Source: an uncultured Actinomycetes bacterium | GTDB taxonomy: Bacteria; Actinomycetota; Thermoleophilia; RBG-16-64-13 | Direction: 5' to 3' | DNA: 64,000 bases | Assembly (NCBI GenBank): GCA_963841735.1 | Contig: CAWJDT010000001.1 | Coordinates: 1,184,001 to 1,248,000 of the forward strand | Shown: piece after piece, positions 1-11,431 of the stretch | How the letters are laid out: every line of letters begins with the position of its first letter | Position numbering within the stretch: position 1 is the stretch's first letter | Translations under genes and position numbers: made by a program | The notes under the pieces: generated by a model | Database searches by the model: none | The model's input: the letters and a program-made list of their open reading frames with translations, nothing else | What the model was told of the DNA's origin: nothing

Positions 1-2661
1 GGCCTGGGTTGGGAAGTCTGGATCGACGGCATGGAATGCACGCAGTTCACCTACTTTCAGCAGGTGGGCGGCATCGATCTCGATCCCCCCAGTGTGGAGC
101 TGACCTACGGCACCGAGCGCCTGGCCATGTATCTGCAGGGCAAGGACAGCCTCTTTGACCTGGAGTGGGTGCCGGGCGTTACCTACGGGGACGTCTACAA
201 GGCCAACGAGGCCCAGTGGTCGGTGTACAACTTCGAGTTGGCCGACATCCCGCTGCTGCAGCGGTCGTTCGTAGACTACGAGCGGGAGTGCGAGCGCTGC
301 CTGGAGCGGGGGTTGTCCCGGCCGGCGTACGACTTCGTGCTTAAGACCTCACATATGTTCAACCTTCTCGACGCCCGGGGCGCCATCAGCGTGACCGAGC
401 GCACCGGCTATATCGCCCGGGTGCGCAATCTGGCCCGCAAGGTGGCCGAGACCTACGTGGCCGAGCTGGGGAGCGCCGCGGCCGAGCCGGCGGCCGCTAC
501 AAGCGCGGCTATGGTCTCCGGTGCCGAGAACGTCTGGATGTCGCCTGGCGATACGAGCGCCCAAGACTTTATGCTCGAGATCGGCGTGGAAGAGATACCG
601 GCGTCGGCGTGTCGCGCTGCCATCGATCTGCTGCCCGAACGGGTGGCGGGGCTGTTCGCCGCCGAGGGGGTAGAGGTCTCACCCGAGGATGTCGACGTGA
701 TGGTGTCGCCGCGGCGCATCGCCGTCTTGATAAAGAACGTGCCCGGGGAGCAGGCTCCGCGAGAGATAGTCCAGCGTGGGCCCGCGCTGGAGGCGGCCTT
801 TGACGCCGAGGGCGTTCCCACCAAGGCCTGCGAGGGGTTTGCCCGGGCCAAAGGGGCCTCGGCCAAAGACCTAGTGGTGCGGGAAGAAGCGGGGCGTAGT
901 TTCGTGTACTACGTGACCCGCAGTGAAAGCCGGCCCACGGCTGGACTGCTGTCCGAGATCTGTCTGAAGATCGTCCGCGACATGTACTTCCCCAAGAACA
1001 TGCGTTGGGGATACCGCGACGTGCGCTTCTCCCGGCCGGTGCGCTGGTTGGTCGCACTATGGGGCGACACTGTCATCCCCTTCGGGTATGCCGGCCTGAC
1101 CTCCGGCAGGACGAGTCAGGGGCATCGTTGGCTGGGCGGCCCCGCGGACATAGCCCGTTCCGCCGACTACGTCGAGGCCATGCGGAGCGTGGGCGTGGTG
1201 GTGGACCATAGTGAGCGGGAGCACCTCATCTGGTCGGAGCTGGAGAGGATGGCGGCCGAGCAGGGGCTGAAGGTCATCGACCCCAAGGGCAAGATGGAAG
1301 AAGTGCTCTTCTTGGTGGAGAAGCCTACGGTGGCTCTAGGCCGGTTCGACGCGCGGCACTTGACGCTTCCGGCAGAGGTGCTGGAGACGGCCATGCAGTC
1401 TCACCAGCGCTATTTCCCGCTTCTTGAAAAGGACGGGGCCCTCTCCAACATGTTCTTGTGCGTGTCCAACGGCGATCCTGCCTGGATGGACCAGATCACA
1501 GCCGGCAACGAGCGGGTGTTGCAGGGACGCATAGAGGACGCGGAGTTTTCCTTTGACAAAGACAAGGCCACCGGCCTGGAAGCGATGGCCGCTCAATTGG
1601 GCAAGATCGTCTTTCACGTCAAGGCCGGCACCATGAAGGACAAGACCGACCGCCTGGTGGCGCTTACCGGTTATTTGGCAGAGGTGACAGGGGTCGTCGG
1701 CGACGCCCGTGAGCACGCTCTCGAGGCCGCTCGGTTGGCCAAGGCCGACCAGGTGTCGGTGATGGTGCGGGAGTTCGCCGACCTGGAAGGCGTCATGGGC
1801 GAGACCTACGCGCTCATGGAGGGACGCGATGCCGAGGTGGCTCAGGCCATCCGCGAGCAATTTCTGCCCGACGCAGCCGGCGGAGCGGTGCCGGAGACCT
1901 TGCCCGGGGCTCTGTTGGCCACAGCTGAGAAGGTGGACAACATCGCGGCCGCCTTTGCCTGCGGGGAACCGCCCTCAGGCTCCAAAGACCCTTACGGCCT
2001 GCGCCGGGCTGCCGCCGGTATGGTGGCTATCGCCACGCACCACGGACTGCGCTATGACGTGGAGAAGCTACTGGGAAGGGCCTATGGGCAGTTGGAGCGC
2101 TTCCCAGGACTGGTGGAGCGCGGCAAAGTGCTCACCGAGGGCACCGCCTTTGTACTTGAGCGTCTGGCCAAGACCCTCACCGATGACGGCGTGGCTCGCG
2201 ATACCGTGGACGCGGTCTTGCCCACGTCACGCGACTTCTTGGATCTGCGGGCCCGGGCCTTCGCACTGCATGAGTTCCGTTCGGGCGACAAGTGGGACGA
2301 TTTGGTAACGCTGTTCAGCCGGCCCTCCAACTTGGCCAAGAAGCTCCCGGTCGACGCGGCCGTTCATGCTTCGGAGGTCACGGGCGGGGTGTCGCCCGCG
2401 CAGTTCCAGGTGGACGCTGAGCCGGCGCTGTTCGCCGCTTGGCAGGAGGCCGCCGCGCAGAGCGCGGCGGCTGTGCAGGCGGGCCTCTACGGTGAGGCTC
2501 TAGCTGCCCTGGCGGGGCTGCGGCCGGCCGTGGACCGCTACTTCACCGACGTGCTGGTGATGGCCCAGGACGAGGCTGTGCGTATCAACCGGTTGCGCCA
2601 ACTGGCTGCCATCGCGGCCACGGTGCGCAGCGTGGCCTGGCTGGAGCTGGTCCAGGGCTGA
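1..2661 (+). CDS. glyQS: Glycine--tRNA ligase, fused alpha+beta subunits (5' partial)
   Basis: Frame open from base 1 with GlyQ motifs ([44 protein letters not shown]), then an Ala-rich linker and GlyS motifs ([44 protein letters not shown]). Confidence 0.95.
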   Translation, partial: GLGWEVWIDGMECTQFTYFQQVGGIDLDPPSVELTYGTERLAMYLQGKDSLFDLEWVPGVTYGDVYKANEAQWSVYNFELADIPLLQRSFVDYERECERCLERGLSRPAYDFVLKTSHMFNLLDARGAISVTERTGYIARVRNLARKVAETYVAELGSAAAEPAAATSAAMVSGAENVWMSPGDTSAQDFMLEIGVEEIPASACRAAIDLLPERVAGLFAAEGVEVSPEDVDVMVSPRRIAVLIKNVPGEQAPREIVQRGPALEAAFDAEGVPTKACEGFARAKGASAKDLVVREEAGRSFVYYVTRSESRPTAGLLSEICLKIVRDMYFPKNMRWGYRDVRFSRPVRWLVALWGDTVIPFGYAGLTSGRTSQGHRWLGGPADIARSADYVEAMRSVGVVVDHSEREHLIWSELERMAAEQGLKVIDPKGKMEEVLFLVEKPTVALGRFDARHLTLPAEVLETAMQSHQRYFPLLEKDGALSNMFLCVSNGDPAWMDQITAGNERVLQGRIEDAEFSFDKDKATGLEAMAAQLGKIVFHVKAGTMKDKTDRLVALTGYLAEVTGVVGDAREHALEAARLAKADQVSVMVREFADLEGVMGETYALMEGRDAEVAQAIREQFLPDAAGGAVPETLPGALLATAEKVDNIAAAFACGEPPSGSKDPYGLRRAAAGMVAIATHHGLRYDVEKLLGRAYGQLERFPGLVERGKVLTEGTAFVLERLAKTLTDDGVARDTVDAVLPTSRDFLDLRARAFALHEFRSGDKWDDLVTLFSRPSNLAKKLPVDAAVHASEVTGGVSPAQFQVDAEPALFAAWQEAAAQSAAAVQAGLYGEALAALAGLRPAVDRYFTDVLVMAQDEAVRINRLRQLAAIAATVRSVAWLELVQG

Positions 2662-2744
2662 CGCAGGCCGGCGGCCGAGTGCCGCCGGTGCGCCGGTGTT
2701 CTTACATCAACGGTGCCCGGTGAGGGAGCGTGGGGACGCGCGCA

Positions 2745-4775
2745 TCAGGGCGATCCCCATACGCGTATGGTGCCGTCGGACGAGGCAGTCACCAACAGCC
2801 GGCTGTCGGGCGAGAAGGCGAAATCGCTGGCGCTGCAATCGAGCTTGAAGAGGAGCTCGCCGCTCCGCGGGTCTAGGAACAGTAAACCGTCCTCGTACGC
2901 GCTGGCCACCAGCATGCTGCCGTCGGGGCTGAAGGCTAGGTGCTGGAAGTTCTGCCCCATGGGGTAGTCCCAGCGCTGGTCACCTGTGCCGACGTCGTAT
3001 GCGCGCACCGAGTACGTATCCTGATGGAAGAAACTTACAGCCAGAAGCGAACCATCTGGGCTGAGGGCGACTCGCCCGGCTTCGTCATCGGCGAAGTACA
3101 TCAAGTCCTGTTGGGCGACTGCATCCCAGACCACGACCAAGCTGCCATCCTCTGCCGCGACCCGGCTACCGTCCGCGCTGAGCGCAACGGAACTGACGGA
3201 CCAATCCATCATCAAAGAGCTCGTGGCGCTTTCGCCATTCAAGGGCCATAACTCGACGAGACTGCCCTGGACGGCTGCTAGGCGGTTGCCATCTCCGCTG
3301 AGCGCCGCGCCACGGACCGGTTGCCCAAAAGCCATCGTTCCTGCTGGCGCCCCCGTCAACGGATTCCAGAACTTGACTTGGTCTTCGGACTCAGCTCGCG
3401 AGATCAGGGTAGTCTCATCGGGGGATAAGAACAGATCTTGGATCGTTTCTTTGAGATCCGGCGCCCCCACCGTGGTGATCAGTTCCATGGTATCCAGGTC
3501 CCAGAGCATCAACCTGGTGTCGCTCGTCCAGGAAGAGCCCTTAGCCGCCGCCAGGATGTTGTTTTGGGCACCGACCGCCACCTGCAAGGCGCGCTCATCG
3601 TATCCCTCCTGGATGCCCAGGGAGGCACCCGTGCCCAGGTCGAACAGGTCGACCTGGCTGTCGCCAGGCACTGAGAGTCGCGCAAGGTCGGGGCTGATAC
3701 GGGAACCGCTACCCACATTCTGGGTGAAGGGTACGGTCGTTTCCTGTTGCAGGCTGGCCAGACCATAGACCGAGTAGCCCTTGTTGGCGTGGACCAGCAA
3801 CTTCTCGCCCGAGGAGTCCACATCCAGATCAAACACTATGCCGGCCGGGGATATCTCGCCAACCACGGCGCCGGAGCTCATGTTGACGACTTGAACGCGT
3901 GTGGGGTTCATCAGATTGACGATGGCCGCTACAGTGCCATTGGTCTCTGCGATGGAGCTCATCGGTTGAGCAAGGGGGGCCTTGTACAGCAACCGACCCG
4001 TGGTGCCGTCCCATATGCAGAGTTCCTTAAGGCCCGCTCCGACAACGGCTTTGCCCCGGTTGGACAAGCTGATCCTCATCAACTGCTTGTCGTTAGCCTG
4101 GAAGCTCACGCTGCCCTGACGAGCGCCGTCAGCTAGGCCGTAAGTATCCAGGAAGGTGCTATAGGCAGGCACGCCGAAGTCGCCGATGCCGACGCTCTCT
4201 TGGCCAAGAGCCAGCAGGGCATCATTTTCGCCATCGATCCAGAGGTCTTCCAGGGTGCGTTCCTGTTGAATGGTGCGCAGCTTCTGGCGGCCGGCCACGT
4301 CCCAGATCTGGATCTCATCGTTTGACTCCAACGCCAGAAGCGCACTGTCTTTGTCCCATGCCACCAAGCGCGTGTATCCGCTCGGCAGTAGGTCGATTGT
4401 CTCCAGGGTATGGCCGTCCAACAAGTACAGGCCTACTCCGGTGGCCAGGGCGATCATCTCACCGTCCGGCGACCAGGCAGAAGCGACCATCTCACCCTTG
4501 CCGATTTGGGCCAATTGCACCAGGCCGGACACTGTCTGGGCTGAAAGCGCCTGGCCCGCCTGTACCAGCGGCGCAGCGGTTGTGGTGGTAGACAGGGATG
4601 TGGCCGTCGCCGGCAGGGTTGTTTGTGTCGATTCGCCGACCGCCGAGGTGGCGGTGCCCGTCGCTGAGGTGTTGTTCCCTTCGCCGCCGCAGGCGATTAG
4701 GGAGACCCCCATTCCGAAGGCGCACAGCGCAAGGGCACAACAGAGAGGGGGTCGGCGGTGGGGGGTTGGTCTCAT
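2745..4775 (-). CDS. WD40/beta-propeller repeat lipoprotein
   Basis: AAGGAG SD before ATG 4775; lipobox LIAC; Thr-rich linker; repeated AWSPDG/LSPDG/AFSPD and ASSDGTIRVW motifs. Confidence 0.85.
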   Translation of the reverse strand: MRPTPHRRPPLCCALALCAFGMGVSLIACGGEGNNTSATGTATSAVGESTQTTLPATATSLSTTTTAAPLVQAGQALSAQTVSGLVQLAQIGKGEMVASAWSPDGEMIALATGVGLYLLDGHTLETIDLLPSGYTRLVAWDKDSALLALESNDEIQIWDVAGRQKLRTIQQERTLEDLWIDGENDALLALGQESVGIGDFGVPAYSTFLDTYGLADGARQGSVSFQANDKQLMRISLSNRGKAVVGAGLKELCIWDGTTGRLLYKAPLAQPMSSIAETNGTVAAIVNLMNPTRVQVVNMSSGAVVGEISPAGIVFDLDVDSSGEKLLVHANKGYSVYGLASLQQETTVPFTQNVGSGSRISPDLARLSVPGDSQVDLFDLGTGASLGIQEGYDERALQVAVGAQNNILAAAKGSSWTSDTRLMLWDLDTMELITTVGAPDLKETIQDLFLSPDETTLISRAESEDQVKFWNPLTGAPAGTMAFGQPVRGAALSGDGNRLAAVQGSLVELWPLNGESATSSLMMDWSVSSVALSADGSRVAAEDGSLVVVWDAVAQQDLMYFADDEAGRVALSPDGSLLAVSFFHQDTYSVRAYDVGTGDQRWDYPMGQNFQHLAFSPDGSMLVASAYEDGLLFLDPRSGELLFKLDCSASDFAFSPDSRLLVTASSDGTIRVWGSP

Positions 4776-4896
4776 CGGACGTAACTCCTTTCGGTCCGAC
4801 GCCGGACGGCAGGGGATGGAGCGCCCGGTGTCGTTGGAGGCTTGCCTAGACAATGATATGGCTCGGGGGCAAAAAGGCCAAGCCGCCATCGCTATC

Positions 4897-5619
4897 TTAG
4901 AAGCGGCCGCGGCGTGTGAGCCGCAGCAGGAACTCCAGCAGGAAGTACGCGGCCGCCCCGCCACCTGCGGCGCTGGCGACGAACACCGGCCAATTCACCC
5001 CAAGTCGACGGGAACGGAGCAGGGGCAGCAAGGCCAGGATCAACGTGGGCAGGCAGAGGGCCAGGACGGACTGCCATCCCGATACGGTTCTCATCAAATA
5101 GCCTTCCTGCATTTCCCGCACGTGCGCCACGCTGCGAATCACTTCGGGCAGTGACCAGACGAATGGTGCGGCCAGGAACGCGCTGCCAATCCGGCCGGGC
5201 TGCAGTGACTGCGCGGCGATGAAGCCAATGATGGCGCCGGCGGGGACCGCCGCCATTTCGAAAAGCCGCTCGTCTTTCCACAGCACCATAAAGCCGGCCG
5301 AATCGCATAGCCCGAATACCACGCAGTAGGCAAGCAGCCAGGCGAGTAGGTAGATGGCCGCTGTGGCCCCAGCCCAGATGGTCCCGCTGCCAAGAGAGCG
5401 GGTCCTGGCCGCTCGCTGTGCGAAGAGGAATCCTATGGACACCCATGGGGCCGTTGCCCAACCCAGAAACGAAAATGGGTTGAGCATCTGCCCCAACAGC
5501 TGTGCAACAGAGCCGGCTGCCAAGCCGCCGATCAGTGCGTAGGCGAATATTGGCCAGCCGAGCGGCCGGCTCGGGTCGGCTCTGAGGAATCGGAGTGCGT
5601 TGCGAAGGTCAAGTGACAT
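4897..5619 (-). CDS. Integral membrane protein, function unknown
   Basis: 240 aa ORF with about 7 hydrophobic segments. Confidence 0.65.
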   Translation of the reverse strand: MSLDLRNALRFLRADPSRPLGWPIFAYALIGGLAAGSVAQLLGQMLNPFSFLGWATAPWVSIGFLFAQRAARTRSLGSGTIWAGATAAIYLLAWLLAYCVVFGLCDSAGFMVLWKDERLFEMAAVPAGAIIGFIAAQSLQPGRIGSAFLAAPFVWSLPEVIRSVAHVREMQEGYLMRTVSGWQSVLALCLPTLILALLPLLRSRRLGVNWPVFVASAAGGGAAAYFLLEFLLRLTRRGRF

Positions 5620-5755
5620 CGGCCCCCCCTGCGGTCGGTGCTTCCCCCGGACACGGGGAAACCTATCACGGGGGGCCGGAGGCGGTCAATCGGTTGGGCG
5701 TTTCGCGGTGAGGGGTGCCTTCAGCGCCCCAACGGGAGCTGCACCAGGATTTGAG

Positions 5756-5786
5756 AAAAGAAAAGGGCCGGGGATATCCCGGCCCT
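5756..5786 (-). terminator. Rho-independent terminator after radical SAM gene
   Basis: AGGGCCGGG...CCCGGCCCT stem followed on the minus strand by TTTCTTTT. Confidence 0.75.
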
Positions 5787-5831
5787 CTCGTTGGACGTCT
5801 CGGCGCGTCGGCGCCTTCGGTAGGGTGCCGC

Positions 5832-7310
5832 TCAGGAGCAGGCGCCCACTTCGTCGGCCTCCAGAGCACCAGCTTCGTCGGGCAACTCGTCGGCGTCGCC
5901 GGGGAGGGCTATCCGCCGCTGGTAGTCGGGGTCGCTCTCCAGCCAGGTGTGGATCCAGGTCTCCTTCTCCCACACCGGGTCGAGGATCCTGGAAACCTCA
6001 GCCGCGTACTCGTTGAGTCCGGCATGCAGGTCGGTGAAGAGGCTCTCGGCGCCTTCGTGAGTGGGATAGGCGTTGTTGCGCGCCACAGCCGTCTTCAGCA
6101 CCGAAGGATGGTCGATGATGGGGCAGGGCATCAGCAAGTTCTTGCCGTAGGGGGCCATGCGGCGCAGATCGCGGAAGAAGTCGGACCCGAGGATCTCGAT
6201 GAGCGACTTGTCTTTGATGTTGTCCACAGCGAAGTGCGCGAAGATGCAGGGCTCCACGTCGCCCTTGTTGTTGATGTGGATGTACTTGCGCCCACCGGAC
6301 AGGCAACCGCCGGTGAGTGGACCGTCGCCCCAGAAGTCCGCTGCCATGAGCGGGTGTTTGGAGCGCATCCGTGTGACACCTTCGCGGAGTTCGAGCCGCT
6401 GCTCGGCGCTAGGCATCAGGCTGAGGTCTGGGTCGCGGCCCACGGGCATGTACAGGAAGTACCAGCCGTAGAAGGCGCCCTTTTCGACCAGCATCGATGC
6501 GAACTCATCGGAAGTGATCTCGGCGATGTTCTTGCTGGTGGCCGTGCATGAGTAGGCGAAGATGGCCTTGCGCTGGCGCAGCCTGTCCATGGCCGCCATG
6601 ATGCGGTCGTAGGTGCCTGCGCCGCGGCGGGCGTCGGTGGATTCCTTGGAGCCCTCTATGCTGATGGTCGGGCAGACGTTACCCAGTTCGACGATGCGGT
6701 CGGCTACCCGGTCGTTGATCATGGTTGCGTTGGTGAACACCATGAAGATTGAGTGCGGATGGCGCTCGGCGACGTCGAGCAGGGGCCTCCATACAAAGGG
6801 CTCGCCGCCCAGGATGATGTACACGCGGGTGCCGATGGCTTCGCCTTGGTCGATAATGCTCTCGAACTCCTCTTCGGTGAGGTCCTCTTCATTATCGTAG
6901 TTGGCCGCATAGCAGCCCACGCATCTCAGGTTGCAGCGCATACTGGGACTGATCAGGATCGTTGTGGGTGAATTGATGCCGTGGTCTCTCAGGAGCGAGT
7001 CGTTGAATTCCGGATCCCTCAGGAAGAAGTTGGCCAACAGGCCGGCAACGTAACGTTTACGAACATTAGGATGAAGATGACTGATGTTACGGAAGAGGGT
7101 GTTGCCGGGGCTGCCGGGGGCCGTGTAATTCTTGACGAACTCGGCCGTCATGTTCTGCTGAGGGGTCTTGGCCGCGCGCTTCACGGCCGCGGCCAGGCCA
7201 CGCATGGCCAGGTCGGAACTGCCGACTAGAGCCAAAGCCGCCGAAATCATCGACGAGGTCCGCTCGTAGTCGCGACGCTCCCGAGCTTGCTTCAGCGAAG
7301 GCTCGGGCAT
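5832..7310 (-). CDS. Radical SAM protein with SPASM/twitch domain
   Basis: CNLRCVGC motif, GGEP, GCLSGG..YIHINNKGDVEPC; AAGGAG SD before ATG 7310. Confidence 0.9.
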   Translation of the reverse strand: MPEPSLKQARERRDYERTSSMISAALALVGSSDLAMRGLAAAVKRAAKTPQQNMTAEFVKNYTAPGSPGNTLFRNISHLHPNVRKRYVAGLLANFFLRDPEFNDSLLRDHGINSPTTILISPSMRCNLRCVGCYAANYDNEEDLTEEEFESIIDQGEAIGTRVYIILGGEPFVWRPLLDVAERHPHSIFMVFTNATMINDRVADRIVELGNVCPTISIEGSKESTDARRGAGTYDRIMAAMDRLRQRKAIFAYSCTATSKNIAEITSDEFASMLVEKGAFYGWYFLYMPVGRDPDLSLMPSAEQRLELREGVTRMRSKHPLMAADFWGDGPLTGGCLSGGRKYIHINNKGDVEPCIFAHFAVDNIKDKSLIEILGSDFFRDLRRMAPYGKNLLMPCPIIDHPSVLKTAVARNNAYPTHEGAESLFTDLHAGLNEYAAEVSRILDPVWEKETWIHTWLESDPDYQRRIALPGDADELPDEAGALEADEVGACS

Positions 7311-7528
7311 TGCCTGTCTCCTTTCCCTATATGGTGCGGTTTCTGGGGGTGCCAATACCATAACACAACAAAAAACGGTCGCAACCCCGCTTACAGAGAG
7401 TCGCGCCGCACCCCGGGTCCGCGGGGCGGGCAGCTTCCCAAGAGGGGCCCGCTTAGTTAGAATACGGGCTTCGAGGGGGTAGCTCGCCGGCGCGGCGTGC
7501 CGCGTGATCTTGAAGGGAGTTTGTTCTG

Positions 7529-10195
7529 ATGAGTCCGAGCAAGTATGTCTACGATTTCTCCGAGGGCAACGCCGCCATGAAACCTCTGTTGGGTGGCAAA
7601 GGGGCCAACCTGGCGGAGATGACTGGGCTGGGCATACCTGTGCCCCCCGGCTTCGTAGTGACTACGGCCGCCTGCGTCTACTATTCAGCCAACGGGAAGT
7701 ACCCCGATGGGCTCGAGAAGGAGATCGAGGAACATCTGAGGGCTCTTGAGAAGCAGACCGGCAAGACCTTGGGCGACCCGGGCAACCCGCTGCTGCTCTC
7801 CGTGCGGTCGGGCGCGGTGTTCTCGATGCCTGGGATGATGGACACCGTTCTCAACCTGGGCCTGAACGACGCGACGGTGGAGGGGTTGGCCAAGGGAACA
7901 GGGAATCCCCGCTTCGCCTATGATTCTTATCGACGCTTTATCAGCATGTTCGGCGATGTGGTCATGGGCGTGGATCCGCAGGCTTTTGAGGACGCGCTTA
8001 CCGCCAAGAAGGACGAGGCGGGCGCGGCTCTGGACACAGATCTCTCGGGCGACGACCTGCGCGACCTCACGGTGCGTTTCAAGACGATCCTGCGTGAGAA
8101 GGCGGGCGAGCAGTTCCCGGATGATGCCCTCAAGCAGCTGCACATGGCCGTGGTGGCCGTGTTCAAGAGCTGGGACAACCATCGGGCCAAGGTTTACCGC
8201 CGCACGCAAGGCATCCCTGACGATCTGGGCACGGCCGTCAATCTGCAGACCATGGTGTTTGGCAACCTGGGCGAGACCTCCGGCACCGGCGTGGCCTTCA
8301 CACGCGATCCCTCGACCGGCGAGAACTTCTTCTACGGCGAGTTCCTCATGAACGCTCAGGGTGAGGACGTGGTGGCTGGAGTGCGCCATCCCCGTCCCTT
8401 GGAAGAGCTGCGCGAGGTCATGCCCGAGGCGCTCGACCAGTTGTACACCATCCGAGCCACACTCGAAGCTCACTACCGCGACATGCAGGACGTGGAGTTC
8501 ACCATCGAGGACACCAAGCTCTACATGCTGCAGACCCGTAACGGGAAGCGCACCGCCCCGGCGGCTCTCAAGAACGCCGTGGACATGGTGGCCGAAGGGC
8601 TCATCACCAAAGAAGAGGCGCTGATGCGGGTGGATGCCGGTCAGCTGGACCAGTTGCTGCATCCCCGACTTGATCCCAAGGCCAAGGTGCGGGTTCTGGC
8701 CACCGGCCTGGGGGCGTCCCCCGGCGCGGCGGTGGGTAAGGCCGTGTTCGACGCCGACGAGGCCGAAAAGCGTGGCTCGGCGGGCGAAGCGGTCATCCTG
8801 GTGCGTTGGGAGACCAACCCTGACGACATCCACGGGCTCATCCAGGCTCAGGGTGTCATCACCAGCCATGGCGGCATGACCTCCCACGCGGCCGTGGTGG
8901 CTCGCGGTATGGGCAAGCCCTGCATCGCCGGCGCTCAAGAACTTAAGATCGATACCGAAGCTAGGCGTTTCTCGGTGGGCGATGTCACCGTCAGCGACGG
9001 CGACTGGATATCAATGGACGGGGCCACCGGCCGGGTGATACTGGGCCAAGCCGCTCTGGTGCCGGCCGCCATCGACGAGAACGTCAACACCGTGCTCTCC
9101 TGGGCCGACGAGGTCCGCCGCCTGCGCGTGCGCACCAACGCCGACACGCCAGAAGATGCCAAGAAGGCCCGTGAGTTCGGAGCTGAAGGCATCGGGCTCT
9201 GCCGCACCGAGCACATGTTCATGCAGGAAGAGCGTCTGCCCCACGTGCGCAACATGATCATGGCCAAGGACACCGCGGAGCGCGAGGAGCATCTGGCCAA
9301 GCTGCTGCCTTTCCAGCGCGAGGACTTCGACGGCATCTTCCGGGCCATGGTCGGACTGCCGGTGACCATCAGGCTGCTCGACCCGCCGCTTCACGAGTTT
9401 CTGCCCAACTACACCGACACTATGGTGGAGTTGGAGCGCCTGCGTCTCACCGGAGCGCCGGCCGGCATGGTTGAGGCTCAGGAGAAGCTGGCGGCGACGG
9501 TCAAGTCTCTGGCCGAGGCCAATCCGATGCTGGGCACCCGTGGTTGCCGTCTGGGCATCCAGTGGCCGGAGATCTACCGCATGCAGGTGCGGGCCATCAT
9601 CGAAGCAGCCGCCGACGTGCTGGCCTCGACGGGTGAGCAGCCTCACGTGGAGATCATGATCCCGCTGGTGGGCTTTGAAGAAGAGTTGAAGCGCATGCGT
9701 GCCCTGACTGTAGAGACCGCCGACGCGGTGCTGAAGGAACGGGGCGTGGCTCTCGACTATACGGTGGGTACCATGATCGAAGTGCCTCGGGCGGCTCTGA
9801 CCGCCGACCAGATAGTCCTGCAGGCCGATTTCTTCAGCTTCGGCACCAACGATCTCACACAGATGACCTTGGGCTTCTCCCGCGACGACGCCGAGGGCAA
9901 GTTTCTCACCCACTACCTGAGCACCGACCTTCTCAAGAGCAACCCGTTCGAGAAGCTCGACCAGGTTGGAGTGGGGCAGCTGATCGCCATGGCCGTGCAG
10001 AAGGCCCGCGCGGTCAAGCCCGATTTCAAGACGGGTATCTGCGGAGAGCATGGCGGCGAGCCGACAAGCGTGAAGTTCTGCCACCGTGCCGGGCTGAACT
10101 ACGTCAGCTGTAGCCCCTACAGGGTGCCGTTGGCCCGGCTGGCGGCCGCCCAGGCGGTCCTGGAAGAGAAGGCGGTAAGCAAGGCAGGCGACTGA
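7529..10195 (+). CDS. ppdK: Pyruvate, phosphate dikinase
   Basis: [33 protein letters not shown] (phospho-His), [25 protein letters not shown]. Confidence 0.98.
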   Translation: MSPSKYVYDFSEGNAAMKPLLGGKGANLAEMTGLGIPVPPGFVVTTAACVYYSANGKYPDGLEKEIEEHLRALEKQTGKTLGDPGNPLLLSVRSGAVFSMPGMMDTVLNLGLNDATVEGLAKGTGNPRFAYDSYRRFISMFGDVVMGVDPQAFEDALTAKKDEAGAALDTDLSGDDLRDLTVRFKTILREKAGEQFPDDALKQLHMAVVAVFKSWDNHRAKVYRRTQGIPDDLGTAVNLQTMVFGNLGETSGTGVAFTRDPSTGENFFYGEFLMNAQGEDVVAGVRHPRPLEELREVMPEALDQLYTIRATLEAHYRDMQDVEFTIEDTKLYMLQTRNGKRTAPAALKNAVDMVAEGLITKEEALMRVDAGQLDQLLHPRLDPKAKVRVLATGLGASPGAAVGKAVFDADEAEKRGSAGEAVILVRWETNPDDIHGLIQAQGVITSHGGMTSHAAVVARGMGKPCIAGAQELKIDTEARRFSVGDVTVSDGDWISMDGATGRVILGQAALVPAAIDENVNTVLSWADEVRRLRVRTNADTPEDAKKAREFGAEGIGLCRTEHMFMQEERLPHVRNMIMAKDTAEREEHLAKLLPFQREDFDGIFRAMVGLPVTIRLLDPPLHEFLPNYTDTMVELERLRLTGAPAGMVEAQEKLAATVKSLAEANPMLGTRGCRLGIQWPEIYRMQVRAIIEAAADVLASTGEQPHVEIMIPLVGFEEELKRMRALTVETADAVLKERGVALDYTVGTMIEVPRAALTADQIVLQADFFSFGTNDLTQMTLGFSRDDAEGKFLTHYLSTDLLKSNPFEKLDQVGVGQLIAMAVQKARAVKPDFKTGICGEHGGEPTSVKFCHRAGLNYVSCSPYRVPLARLAAAQAVLEEKAVSKAGD

Positions 10196-10314
10196 GGGCG
10201 CTGAGCGACGGCCCGGCGGGCGGCGCCGGGGGGCTCCGCGCCGGGCGGATAGCCCGGAGCTTGGGGAAACGTGAGTGGAGCCGGCCCGCGCGGGCCGGCG
10301 AGGCCGGAGACGCC

Positions 10315-11431
10315 GTGAAACAGGAGCGGGCGGGAAGAGTGCGTTTGTCCGCCGACCTCTACGAGGCGGGCCTGGCCGAATGGGCGCAGCGGTCCGGGGC
10401 GTCCCGCGGCCGCGAGCGTCCCGAAGAGCCGTGTACCTTGCGGACGGAGTTTCAGCGCGACCGCGACCGGGTGGTGCACTGCAAGTCGTTCCGGCGGCTC
10501 AAGCACAAGACCCAGGTCTTTATCGCCCCGGAGGGTGACCACTATCGCACCCGGCTGACGCATACCCTGGAGGTGTCGGGCATTGCGCGTACGGCCGCGC
10601 GGGCCTTGCGGCTCAACGAGGACCTGGCCGAGGCTGTCGCGCTCGGCCACGACCTAGGTCATACCCCTTTCGGCCACGCCGGCGAGAGCGTCATCGATCA
10701 GATGCTGCGCGACCTGGGCGCCGGAGGGTTTGAGCACAACGAGCAGAGCGCCCGGGTGGTGGAGGTACTGGAAGACGACGGCCGCGGCCTGAACCTCACC
10801 TGGGAGGTGCGCGACGGCATCCGCCACCACTCCGGCGAGTATCCGCCGGCGACTCTGGAGGCCAAGATAGTCCATCTGGCCGATCGCATCGCCTACGTCA
10901 ACCATGATATCGATGACGCGTTGCGGGCTGGGCTGATCACGACGGCCGACCTGCCACCGGGACCGATCACCATCTTGGGAGACTCGGGTAGCGGGCGCAT
11001 CGACGCGCTCGTTCACGACCTGGTGGACAGCAGCTGGGGGCGGGCGGCCGTCGCCCAGACACCAGAGGTGGGCAGCGCTCTGGAAGAGCTGCGCGACGTT
11101 TCTGTTTCAGACGGTCTATCCGCGGGCGCTTGAGCAGGCGGGTGGGGAGAAGGTACGGCGGTTGATCACTGAGTTGATGGATCATTTTCTGGAGCATCCC
11201 GAGGACCTGCCGGCGCCGTTCCTAGCGGCGGCCGCGGACGGGGTGGCCGGGCGCGTGGGCGCGGCAGTCGTCGGCGCGAGTGACGGCGCCGCGGGCGGCG
11301 CGGCTGGAGCCGGCGCCCGGAGTCCGGAGCTCGTGCGGGCGGTCACCGACTACGTGGCAGGGATGACCGATCGCTATGCCCAGCGTCTATACCTCGAGCT
11401 CTTCATGCCCCGCTGCTGGGGCAATCTGTGA
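10315..11431 (+). CDS. dgt: dGTP triphosphohydrolase-like HD protein (+1 frameshift near 11095-11098)
   Basis: [39 protein letters not shown]; C-terminus (FLFQTVY...[11 protein letters not shown]) continues in the +1 frame; start uncertain. Confidence 0.9.
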
